Assembly (NCBI GenBank): GCA_038087875.1
Contig: CM075993.1
Location: forward strand, 5,396,001-5,460,000
DNA: 64,000 nt
Direction of reading: 5' to 3'
From: Malacoraja senta
Taxonomy: Eukaryota
Shown in pieces: positions 12,613-25,115 of this stretch. Under the pieces are notes generated by a model. The model was given only the letters and a program-made list of their open reading frames with translations, made no database searches and was not told where the DNA came from. Both the position numbers and the translations under genes were made by a program. Each line of letters starts with the position of its first letter. The first letter of the stretch is position 1.

Positions 12613-13639
12613 ACACAAGGGGCTGGGAGCCGGGCCTGACATTCCCCGCGGCTCCAGCAGAGGTCAGCGCGTGCTCACGCACGGTCCTGGCCGTCCCCTC
12701 CCGCGGCGAGCTGACACGGGCCCGCCACCCCTTCGGACTTCCGCGCGCCACGAGGGCCTCGACCACCTTCCCGCCCCCTCTGCCCCTGGACGGAGCCTGC
12801 GCACAGTCCAATCCCAGAAGGGAAACGTCACCCTCCGCGTAATCAAGGACCAGTCTCACCTCTTCTCCCCTCTCCCATCAGACAAGAGGTGCTGACGCGT
12901 GAAAACGCACACCTCCAGATTCAGTCTGAAGAAGGTCCTCGACCCGAAACGTCACCTATTCCTTGGCTCCATCGATGCTGCCTGTCCCGCTGAGTTTCTC
13001 CAGCAATTCTGTCTACCTCCAGATTCAGGGAGAGTTTCTTCCCAGAAGTTATCAGGCAACTGAACCATCGTCTCCCCAACTAGCGAGCAGTCCTGACCTC
13101 CCATCTACCATTGGTGACCATTAGACTATATTTAATTGGACTTCACTGGACTTTATCTTGCACCAAACATTATTCCCTTTCTCTTGTATCCATACACAGC
13201 GGACGGATTGATTGTAATCATGTAGAGACAAGAAGCTGGAGTAACTCAGCGGGCCAGGCAGCATCTCTGGAGAGAAGGAGTAGTTGATGTTTTGGGTCCG
13301 GACTTTTCTTCAGACCCGACTCAAAACGTCACCCATTCCTTCTCTCTCCGCGGAGACGCTGCCTGTCCCGCTGAGTTACTCCAGCATTTTGTGTCTTATC
13401 TCCGGTTTAAACCAGCGTCTGCAGTTCCTTCGCGACCCGGGTAATCTTGTGCAGTCTTTCTGCTGACTGGATTAGAGCACGCGCGGGGACAAAACTCTTC
13501 ACCGTGCCTCAGTACACCTGACAACGCTAAACTAAACGCAACTAAACTCTCGTTCCCGGGCCATCCGTGGTCAAGCCACACGCGCGATCGCACCAACGGA
13601 TGAGCAAGGATGTACCTTGAGGATTTAAGCGGAGGTAGA

Positions 13640-13860
13640 GTTCGGCCTGGAACAGGATAGTTTGACGTACCCTACAACCAGGCAGGCACAGCTGGGGCCC
13701 ATGCGGCTGCCCATAGCTACGCCTTGGATTTGGAGGAAGTGGGAGCAGTCGAAGGAGAAGTTGTTAAGAGTAAGGATAGTTGGTTCTGCGGTCGAGGAAG
13801 AAACAGAGGGCTTTCAGACCGTCCTGGTGGGGCATGGAGGTGCAGAGTGACTGGACATCA
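13640..13860 (-). mobile_element. Penelope-like element reverse transcriptase fragment
   Basis: Minus strand reads DVQSL...PHQDGLKALCFFLDRRTN and ILTLNNFSFDCSHFLQIQGVAMGSRMGPSCACL (PLE RT motifs). Confidence 0.8.
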
Positions 13861-13866
13861 GTCTGA

Positions 13867-14280
13867 TTCGCCCAACACCTCCGCTCGGTCCGCAATAACC
13901 AACCGGATCTCCCGGTGGCTCAGCACTTCAACTCCCCCTCCCATTCCCAATCCCACCTTCCTGTCCTGGGCCTCCTCCGTGGCCAGAGTGAGTCCCACCG
14001 TAAATTGGAGGAGCAGCACCTCATATTCCGCTTGGGCAGTTTACACCCCAGTGGTACGAACATTGACTTCTCCAATTTCAGGTAGTCCCTGCTTTCTCCC
14101 TCCTTCCCCTCCCCTTCCCAGCTCTCCCACAGCCCACTGTCTCCACCTCTTCCGTTCTTCTTCCCGCCCCCCCCCACCCCCACATCAGTCTGAAGAAGGG
14201 CCTCGACCCGAAACGTCACCCATTCCTTCTCTGCAGAGATGCTGCCTGTCCCGCTGAGTTACTCCAGCATTTTGTGTCTG
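13867..14280 (+). mobile_element. Penelope-like element 3' end: GIY-YIG C-terminus and pLTR with hammerhead motif
   Basis: FAQHLRSVRNNQPDLPVAQHFNSPSH...RKLEEQHLIFRLGSLHPSGTNIDFSNFR*, pyrimidine tract, hammerhead-like core at 14190-14217. Confidence 0.85.
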
Positions 14281-14283
14281 TCT

Positions 14284-14700
14284 TAGACAATAGACAATAT
14301 ACAATAGGTGCGGGAGTAGGCCATTCGGCCCTTCGAGCCAGCACCGCCATTCAATGTGATCATGGCTGATCGTCCCCAATCAGTACCCCGTTCCTGCCTT
14401 CTCCCCATATCCCCTATTTTTAAGAGCCCTATCTAGCTCTCTCTTGAAAGCATCCAGAGAACCTGCCTCCACCGCCCTCTGAGGCGGAGAATTCCACAGA
14501 CTCACCACTCTCTGTGAGAAAAAGTGTTTCCTCGTCTCCGTTCTAAATGGATTACCCCTTATTCTTAAACTGTGGCCCCTGGTTCTGGACTCCCCCAACG
14601 TCGGGAACATGTTTCCTGCCTCTAGCGTGTCCAAGCCCTTTAACAATCTTATATGTTTCAATGAGATCCCCTCTCATCCTTCTAAACTCCAGAGTGTACA
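14284..14700 (-). mobile_element. CR1/HER1 LINE 3' fragment
   Basis: LYTLEFRRMRGDLIETYKI...LWNSPPQRAVEA plus tail. Confidence 0.85.
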
Positions 14701-15813
14701 AGGAGTGTACTTCCAGTAAGGATGCCCACTTGGTTTGGCACAACGGGTGCAAGGTTGCCGACGATGGCCACACAAATCCCCGGAGCTGTGATGGGGAAAA
14801 CCCGCTCTCCAGTGGACAAATCTCCACTGCTGCTCTGGACAGGTGTGTGTCTGGAACCAGCTGCCAGGTGGAGGTAGTCGAGGCAGGTACTGCCGCATGG
14901 TTTAAAAGACAATTAGACAGGTACGTGGATGGGACAGGTTGAGAGGGATATGGGCCAAACGCAGGCAGGTGGGACTAGTGCAGATAGGGCACGGACTCGG
15001 TGGGCCGAAGGGCCTGTTTCCGTGCTGTATCACTGAAGTCGTGAAGAATTGAGAGCTGTGTGGTGATGTTTAGGAAGGAACTGCAGATGCTGGAACAATG
15101 GAAGGTCGACAAAAACGCTGGAGGAACTCAGCGGGTGAGGCAGCATCTATGGAGCGAAGGAAATAGGCGACGTTTCGGGTCGAGACCCTTCCTCAGACGC
15201 GATGGTGATGGATCAGTTAAGCTGCGGCAGGTAAGAATTTCATTGCTCTGTTGTTGGTACAAATGAGTGTGAAACATTTTCGACGTGACTCTCGACTGAG
15301 GGGACTGAGAGGGGGGGGATACAGCCGAGTCCTCCCTCACGGCATCCGCCAGTCAGTGATGTCTGCCTTCCCCTTCCACAGCATCGAGGCACCAGTTGGT
15401 TTTGTTTCGTCCTCACAAAGACCCCTCCGTCTGCAGGAGGCCTCCACGTGTTTGCCGGATGAATCACTCAGTCACCTTCTGCTCACTCTGCCCCCCCCCC
15501 CTCCCCCCCGCCCCCGCCTGCCTTGCACTTGCTTTTAAAAACCAAAAACACAAAACGCCCTCTCTGATTCTCCCCGCTGGCCGTCTACTGACCAATCCCA
15601 CCTTAGCTCAGTGCGGGGGGGTGGGGAGAGAGAGGGGGGGAGAGTGGGGGGAGGGGGGGTCACGGGGGTCCAGCCCTCCCTCTGACCGCTGGTCGGATGT
15701 TTTCACCGCACGAGACCTCTGGTGGGGCTTCTGCAAACGGGTCCGTGCTCAGTTTATGGAGGCGATTGTCTTTTTACTGTTTTGGTTCGAGATCTGGTCG
15801 GTAGTGCAAACAT

Positions 15814-16860
<1,047 letters not shown>

Positions 16861-17427
16861 GACGGACGGAGCAGCCCAGTTGTGAAGCCCCCACCCTGTG
16901 AGTGTCCATCCCACCAGCGGGGTCCGTGAGTGACCGTCCGCCCCGAGCTGTTTATTGCCGTGTGTGGGTCACGTGCTCCGTCCCCTTCTCTCAAATGCGC
17001 AAACAACAAGGCCCTCAGTATACCTTACACAAGGCTGCCTGTGTACATTGCCTGCCGCAGCGCTGCCCGACTAGGCTCAGCCCCCCGGCCCCCAGCCCCC
17101 CGCCCCCCCCCACCCCCACCCTCACCCCTCACACGCCCCGCGGTCCAAATCAAAGACCCCCCCGCGCAAGACGAGAATATTCATTCCCTTGATAGAGGGG
17201 AGAGGGGGGGGGGGGGGTGCGGAGGGGGAGGGGGGGGATATTCACAAGATGCCAGTCTATTCCACACACACACACACACACACACACACTCCGGTCCTGC
17301 TCTTGCGGCAGGCCCCGTCACAAGTAATTCACAAACAGCAACATGGTCTAAACTGGAGCTGATCAAAGCGACCGACCGACCCACCCCGCGGGGAGGGGGA
17401 AAATAAATCAGATCACACAGTCTCCAT

Positions 17428-17640
17428 GGTGGGGAGGGGGCAGGGGATGGGAGGGGAGGAATGGAGGGGAGGGGAGGGGAAGGTGTGGGGAGGGGAGGGG
17501 AGGGGGGGACGGGGAGTGGGTGGAGGGGAGAAGGGAGGGGAAGGGAAGCCTGTGGAGGGGAGGAGAGGGCAGGTGGTGGGGAGGGGGTGGAGGCGAGGGG
17601 AAGGGGGACAGGAGTGGAGGGGGCAATGGGGGCAGGGACA
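17428..17640 (+). repeat. G/purine-rich low-complexity tract (G-quadruplex potential)
   Basis: Many closely spaced runs of three or more G. Confidence 0.75.
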
Positions 17641-18225
17641 TTCCTCAGCTTCCCCTCCCCCCACGCCACCTCTCCACTTGCCCCCTCGGTCGGGCAGGTG
17701 CTGGGATGGGAGCGTGCGCAGGCAGGGTTGGGATGACCTTCTCGGACCCCCGACTACCCTGGCAGACCCCCCCCCCACCCGCCTGCATCAAGTAGCTCCA
17801 GGCAGGGCAGCCCACCCAGCCTCCACAGGCCAGCACCGCAGAGCTCTGCCGATACCCAGCCCAGGGAGTCCCGAGTCTGCCAGGCGGGCCGGGGATGTCC
17901 TGGTCACTGTGGGCACCTTGGCTGGCACAGCTGGCACAGCAAGATCCCACAACGGAAACACCACTGACACCTATTCCTGCCGTGTGCCGCACTCCCTCAC
18001 CCCCACCCCTCCCTCACCCCATCCCTCAACCCCCACCCCTCCCTCACCCCCGCCCCTCCCACTGCTGCCAGCCTCGGCCCACAGAAGGTGACCCGTGTGT
18101 GGATGGCTTTGCCACCCCTAAACCACTGAGCCTGGCAAGCAGGCATTTACGCGCACGCACGCACGTTTACACAGCGCTGGGCACTTGTCTATACACACAC
18201 ACACACTCAATGCTGGGCACAGGTT

Positions 18226-18346
<121 letters not shown>

Positions 18347-18823
18347 CCCAGGCCATACAACAGCCCTGGACACACGGACAACACACAAAAGCACACACGG
18401 CCATGTCACTCAGGAGCACACGTGACGTGGTCCCAAGATGGAGGTACACGCAGACACACGGACACAAGGGGATGCACACGGACACACACGGCCCCTGCGG
18501 ACACACTAACTCCCTCGTCCACAGCAGGAAACACGAGGAGGGAGAGTGTTGAATTATTCACTGCAGCTCGCCGTGTTAAAAGGCACTTCATCTGCAAACA
18601 GTGAGCTCGGGCTGCCGCTTGCCGCTTGCCGCTTGCCGCCCGCCGAACACACACACGCCCGCCCTGAGCTCTGGGAGGCAGCGACATCCAAAGCCGTCCC
18701 AGCGTCTGAGGGCACAGACGGGACCGCACGGGACCCGTGCCCGCACAGGACAGTCCACACGCCCGCAGTCCCGCTCTCCCCCCTCCCTCCCTCCCTGCCC
18801 TGTGGCCAAACCCAGTACCAGAC

Positions 18824-19023
18824 NNNNNNNNNNNNNNNNNNNNNNNNNNNNNNNNNNNNNNNNNNNNNNNNNNNNNNNNNNNNNNNNNNNNNNNNNNNNN
18901 NNNNNNNNNNNNNNNNNNNNNNNNNNNNNNNNNNNNNNNNNNNNNNNNNNNNNNNNNNNNNNNNNNNNNNNNNNNNNNNNNNNNNNNNNNNNNNNNNNNN
19001 NNNNNNNNNNNNNNNNNNNNNNN
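18824..19023. other. Assembly gap (200 N)
   Basis: Run of exactly 200 N. Confidence 1.
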
Positions 19024-19199
19024 TGATACAAAGTGAAACTAATTCCCTCTGCCTCTGATCTACAGAATATCCCTTATATTCACGTGCAGATCTAAAAGCC
19101 TGTCAAACGCCACTATTGTATCTGCCTCCACCGCCAGCCCTGGCGCGGTCTTCCAGGTATTCACCACTCACTAATCAATAAAACAATTTGTCCTGCACA

Positions 19200-19632
19200 T
19201 CTCTATACTATTAAAAGTCTCATCTTGTATGTATGTATACGTGTGTGTGTTGTCTGTGTCTTTCTACCTTCGTCAAAGCGCTACGCGCCAGCGCAGAAAT
19301 GTTTCACATATTATTAATCACATTAACCCCGTCGACAATATAAACTGCTTGCTGTCACATTACATGCTGTATTTCACAAGTTATAGAGTTTTAAAAATAG
19401 CGAAAACCAACTTTTTAAACGGCACGCTTTCAACCCGCTTCGAGTGACGTCACTATGGGGAGGTGGGTGGCCACCAAGGGGGAGTGGGCGCTCACCAGCT
19501 TCCAGTGACGTCAGGGGGGCATCGACACCGCAGCGGTGAGGCCTCGCTCGGGTCCGCGCCCGCCCGTGGTGAGTGCTCGAGAGATAATATTGCGTTGGGG
19601 GAGCCGTCCCAACGTGTCTGCACCCGGTCTAG
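19200..19632 (+). mobile_element. Non-autonomous Helitron
   Basis: 5' TC(TCTATACTATTAAAA), 3' CTAG, hairpin CGTTGGG-N8-CCCAACG at 19593-19614; inserted between A and T with no TSD; flanks rejoin as a CR1 tail. Confidence 0.85.
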
Positions 19633-20310
19633 TCTCACTTAAACTTTTTGCCCCCTCACACCTCAAAGTTAATCCCACCAGTCTTTGACATTTCCACCTT
19701 GAGAAACAAAGGTCCTGACTGTCCACCCCGCATGCTCCTAATAACTTTCTAAACTTCCACCCGGGTCTCCCCTCGATCCTCGCTGTTCCAGAGAAAACAA
19801 TCTAAGGTTGCCCTAACACTCCTGCTTGCTAATACCCAGTCCTGCAGGCATTACTGCCACGAAAAGGTGCTGAGAACCAACATCACGATGACTTTTTTTG
19901 ATGCAGTCACTTGCTGGAGTTATTTGAGTTTAGTTTTCAATTTGCTCTACGACACTCAATATAAGTGAAACTGCGGTTAAATCCTTTAATGTGCTTCTTT
20001 CCCCCTTCCTTTTGACTTTTCAAAGAGACTGTGAGAGAAACTCTGTTTGATCTGGTTCTGATCAGTAAGTTAATGCACAATGGTGCTGTGCGTTCTGTTA
20101 CAGAGTGTACATCATAGGCTGCAGTCAAAGCTGCAACAGGAACAGTTAAAGGGAAGCTGTTTGATGCACATGAAAGTTGAGTTATCTGCGGCACTTGGCT
20201 GACCAGGCAAATAGGGACCAATCTATATCAACGAGTACGTGTAAAGAATATTTAATAAGTTTGCAGGTGACACTAAAACAGGTGTTATCATGGACTGTGA
20301 AAATGGTTAA

Positions 20311-20906
20311 ACCCCTGTCCCACTGTACGAGTTCATTCCAAGAGCTCTCCCGAGTTTGCCCCGATTCGAACGCGGAGATTTACGGTAATGGCCGCTCGTC
20401 GGTACTCGGGGCTCTTGTGGACATTTTCCAACATGTTGAAAAATCTTCACCAGTCTTCCCGCGCTTACCTGCCGTTAGCGAGTCTTCCCGAGTACCTGCC
20501 GTTAACGTTACGAGCCTTTAAGACCGAGATGAGGAAAAACTTTTTCACACAGAGAGTGGGTGAATCTCTGGAACTCTCTGCCACAGAGGGTAGTTGAGGC
20601 CAGTTCATTGGCTATATTTAAGAGGGAGTTAGATGTGGCCCTTGTGGCTAAAGGGATCAGGGGGTATGGAGAGAAGGCAGGTACAGGATACTGAGTTGGA
20701 TGATCAGCCATGATCATATTGAATGGCGGTGCAGGCTCGAAGGGCCGAATGGTCTACTCCTGCACCTATTTTCTATGTATCTATGTAAGAGACGTCCCCG
20801 AGCTCCGACGTACCCGCTACGTTCATTCTCCGTGCTTACCAAGAGTTTGATTTTTTTTAAAACTCGGGAGAGCTCTCGGAATGAACTCGTACAGTGGGAC
20901 AGGGCT
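20311..20906. mobile_element. MITE (CCCTGTCCCACTG family) with nested CR1 fragment
   Basis: About 45-bp TIRs; body matches 39765-40084; CR1 insert at about 20517-20785. Confidence 0.85.
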
Positions 20907-21458
20907 ATAACCAAGAATTACAGAGGGGTCTTGATCAACTAGGCCTGTGGGCAAAGGAAGGGCTAATGGAGTTTAATTCAGATAGTTTAGTTTAGTTTAA
21001 TTTAGAGATACAATGCGGAAACAGGACCTTCAGCCCACCGAGTCCGCACCGACCAATGACCCGACAATTCACATTTACACCAAGCCAATTAGCCTACAAA
21101 CCTCTACCACGTCTTCAGAGTGGGGGAGGAAGCCGAAGATCTCGGAGAAAACCCACGCAGGTCACGGGAGAAGGTACAGACGGCACCCGTAGTCAGGATC
21201 GAACCTGGGTCTCTGGTGCTGTGAGGCAGCAACTCTACCGCTGCTCCACCGTGCCACCCAGATAGATGCGAGGGGAACATTTGGGGAAGTCAAACCAAGG
21301 CAGGACTTTCACAGTGAACAGCAAGGCCACGGGGAGTGTTTTAGAGCAGAGGAATCGGGGAGTTCCCTGAAAGTGTACACAGAGGCTGGTGGGGACGTCA
21401 TGTGGAATGAGCATTTCTTTACAAAAAGTGGTGGACACTGGCCCGGGTCCACCGTGGG

Positions 21459-21584
21459 TACTGACCTCCCCACCATCGAAGGTCCATCACTGTACTGACC
21501 TCCCCACCATCGAAGGTCCATCACTGTACTGACCTCCCCACCATCGAAGGTCCATCAATGTACTGACCTCCCCACCATCGAAGG
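21459..21584 (+). repeat. 34-bp tandem repeat (about 3.7 copies) at the 5' end of a Rex1 fragment
   Basis: TACTGACCTCCCCACCATCGAAGGTCCATCACTG starting at 21459, 21493, 21527 and 21561. Confidence 0.9.
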
Positions 21585-23029
21585 GATCTACAGGAGTCGC
21601 TGCCTCCAAAAGGCAGCCGGCATCATCAGAGACCCACACCACCCTGGCCACGCTCTCATCTCCCTCCTGCCATCGGGAAGAAGGTATCGGAGTCTGAAAA
21701 CCGTGACAACAGCAACAACCATCAGGCTGTTGAACACTCCAAATTCCAACTAAACTCTGAGCTACAAACTGCCTTGGTTACACTAGGGATTTTGGGCTTG
21801 ATAGACAATAGACAACAGGTGCAGGAGTAGGCCATTCGGCCCTTCGAGCCAGCACCACCATTCAACGTGATCATGGCTGATCATCCACAATCAGTACTCC
21901 ACACTGATCAGTAATCAGTTTTTTTTCATGCACTATATTGGGCTTTTTATTTATTTAACTTCTTATTTAAAATTTAGTTTAGTGGAGATACAGCGCGGAA
22001 ACAGGCCCTTCGGCCCACCGACTCTGCGCCAACCAGCGATCCCCGCACATTAACACTATCCTACACACACTAGGGACAATTTACACATACACCAAGCCAA
22101 TCTACCTACATACCTGTAAGTCTTTGTTCACGATGTTATCTATTGAGATAACATTTTGGTCGATATGACAATAAAACACTCTTGACTCGAGCTGCAGGAG
22201 GAAGTGGTTGATGAAGGTGCAAAAGCAACATTTAAAAGGTGTTTGGACAGGTACGCGGATAGGAAGGATTTGGAGGGATATGGGTCAAACGCAGGCGAGA
22301 GGGACAAGCTTAGATGGAGCATCTTTGTTGGGAAGAACTAGTTGGATGTAAGGTAGACAAAAATGCTGGAGAAACTCAGCGGGTGAGGCAGCATCTATGG
22401 AGTGAAGGAAATAGGCAACGTTTCGGGCCGAAACCCTTCTTCAGATAGCTGGATGGAAAGTCCTGTTTCCATGCTGCACGACTCCATATCTCAGTATTCC
22501 ACACGAGAGAAAACGGGGGAGAACGAGGGCAGGAGTATCCGCTCTTCACTCGTTTCCAATCCTTGTTTGTAGAATCAGCCAATGAATTGATATTGATAGA
22601 ACCCTACTTAAGTGAGTTACAATTGCCTTTTCATTTTACCTAGCATTTGTTAAACAAATATTTCTTCAAAATATACGAGTAGGTTCGAAAGAAAGACAAA
22701 GTGCAATAAACCACAAAATGAATATTTACATTCCACTTGAAATGTCTCATACTGTTTACTGTTGGAAATATCCTTATCTGGAGAGGTCAAACACCATCAT
22801 ATCATTGATAAAAAAAACAACCTGCTCTGTAAAGAGTTTTATTAGCAGGCACATTAGCTCGAACGGCTAAACTTGCCTCCGAGTCAAATGGTTGTGGCCT
22901 TGATCCACGATCCAAGCCCAATGATGACTCTGGAGTATTGATAAACTGCCGAGTCGCCAAAGAGCTGCAGGACATTGTGGATGAATGCGAAACAGAGTCT
23001 CGTACTGCGGGTCAGGCAGCAACTCTGGA

Positions 23030-23398
23030 GAAACTTACAACATTCTTAAGGGGTTGGATGCAGGAAGATTGTTCCTGATGTTGGGGAAGTCCAGAACAAG
23101 GGGTCACAGTTTAAGGATAAGGGGGAAGTCTTTTAGGACCTAGATGAGAAAAAAAAAATTCACACAGAGAGTGGTGAATCTGTGGAATTCTCTGCCACAG
23201 AAGGTAGTTGAGGCCAGTTCATTGGCTATATTTAAGAGGGAGTTAGATGTGGCCCTTGTGGCTAAAGGGATCAGGGGGTATGGAGAGAAAGCAGGTACAG
23301 GATACTGAGTTGGATGATCAGCCATGATCATATTGAATGGCGGTGCAGGCTCGAAGGGCCGAATGGCCTACGACTGCACCTATTTTCTATGTTTCTAT
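23030..23398 (+). mobile_element. CR1 LINE 3' fragment (TTCTATG-tail subfamily)
   Basis: Near-identical to the tails at 20517-20785 and 60204-60540. Confidence 0.85.
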
Positions 23399-23445
23399 GA
23401 AAAGGATACGTGATGTTTCGGGTCGGGACCCTTCTTCAGACTATA

Positions 23446-24066
23446 AGGGCCTGTCCCACTTACGTGACCTTTACAGGCGACTGCCGTCATCCGTCACAGG
23501 TCGCCAAAATTTTCAACACGTTGAAAATTCAGTGGCGACCAGAAAGACACTACGATTCTTTGGAGACCTGTATGGTCGTGAGAGGTCTCCTATGGTCGTG
23601 AGAGGTCTCCTATGGTCGTGAGAGGTCTTCTATGGTCGTGAGAGATCTCCTATGGTCGTGAGAGATCTCCTATGGTCGTGAGAGATCTCCTATGGTCGTG
23701 AGAGATCTCCTATGGTCGTGAGAGGTCTCCTATGGTCGTGAGAGGTCTCCTATGGTTGTGAGAGGTCTCCTATGGTCGTGAGAGGTCTCCTATGGTCGTG
23801 AGAGGTCTCCTATGGTCGTGAGAGGTCTCCTATGGTCGTGAGAGGTCTCCTATGGTCGTGAGAGATCTCCTATGGTCGTGAGAGGTCTCCAATGGTCGTG
23901 AGAGGTCTCCTATGGTCGTGAGAGGTCTCCTATGGTCGTGAGAGGTCTCCAAAGAGTCGTAGCGTCTTTCTGGTCGCTGCTGAATTTTCAACGTGTTGAA
24001 AATTTCGGCGACCTATGACAGGTGCCGGCAGTCGCCTGTAAAGATCGCGTAAGTGGGACAGGCCCT
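23446..24066. mobile_element. Fold-back MITE with about 120-bp TIRs and internal minisatellite
   Basis: AGGGCCTGTCCCACTTACG... / ...CGTAAGTGGGACAGGCCCT. Confidence 0.85.
23571..23950. repeat. 20-bp minisatellite, about 19 copies
   Basis: (TATGGTCGTGAGAGRTCTCC)n with no spacers. Confidence 0.95.
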
Positions 24067-24813
24067 GATCCAGTTGCAGAAGGGGCTACTGACTCCTAGC
24101 TCCAAGAGTCTGGAGGTGAGTTCGATTGGGATTACGGTGTTAAAGGTGGCCCTCTGGTCAATAAACAAGAGTCTGATGTAGGTGTCCTGTTCTGGCACAG
24201 CGTCAGGGTTCGAAACAATTAATTTACTTTGAGGAAGATATCAAATACTGTACCCAGACGAGAGTCGGAAATAGAACGTAGAACATGGAAAGGTATGAAG
24301 GAGGGCCTCGACCCGAAACGTCACCCGTTCCTTTTCTCCAGAGATGCTGCCTGTCCCGCTGAGTTACTCCAGCATTTTGTGTCTAACTTTCATAAAAAGG
24401 TACAGCACAGGAACAGGCGCTTTGGCCCACAATGTCATAAGATCATAACTGATTAGGCCATTCGGCCCATCCTTTACTCCGCCATTCAATCATGGCTGAT
24501 CTATCTCTCCCTCCTAATCCCATTCTCCTGCCTTCTCCCCATAACCCCTGACACCTGTACTAATCAATAATAACTATGTCTTCCTTAAATATATCCACTG
24601 ATATTACCTCCACAGCCTTCTGCGGCAAAGAATTCCACAGATTCACCACCCTCTGACTCAAGAAATTCCTCCTCATCTCCTTTCTAAAAGAACGTCCTTT
24701 AATTCTGAGGCTGTGACCTCTGGTCCTAGACTCTCCCACTTGTGGAAACATCCTCTCCACATCCACTCTATCCAAGCCTTTGGACCGAACATGATGCCAA
24801 TATAGATCAGGGC

Positions 24814-25115
24814 GGTCACGGTGGCGCAGCGGTAGAGTTGCTGCCTTACAGCGAATGCAGCGCCGGAGACCCGGGTTCGATCCCGACTGCGGGTGCTGTC
24901 TGTACGGAGTGACCTGCGTGGGTTTTCTCCGAGATCTTCGGTTTCCTCCCACACTCCACAGACGTGCAGGTATGTAGGTTAATCGGCTTGGTAAATGTAA
25001 AAAAAAAAAATTCAGAGTGGGTGTAGGATAGTGTTAATGTGTGGGGTTCGCTGGTCGGCACGGACCCGGTGGGCCGAAGGGCCTAATTCCGCGTTGTATC
25101 ACTAAAACTAAATAA
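24814..25115 (+). mobile_element. HE1/V-SINE-type SINE, near full length
   Basis: Pol III A and B boxes, V-domain-like core, CR1-like tail. Confidence 0.85.

Noticed and set aside
11238..12639. His/Thr/Tyr-rich ORFs
   Set aside because: Low-complexity CA/TA minisatellite
18546..19058. ORFs spanning the N run
   Set aside because: Artefacts of the assembly gap
23571..23950. CRISPR-like array
   Set aside because: Head-to-tail 20-mers with no unique spacers, inside a MITE, in vertebrate DNA with no cas genes
24814..24890. tRNA gene
   Set aside because: A and B boxes belong to a SINE head that continues into the SINE body; no intact cloverleaf or terminator
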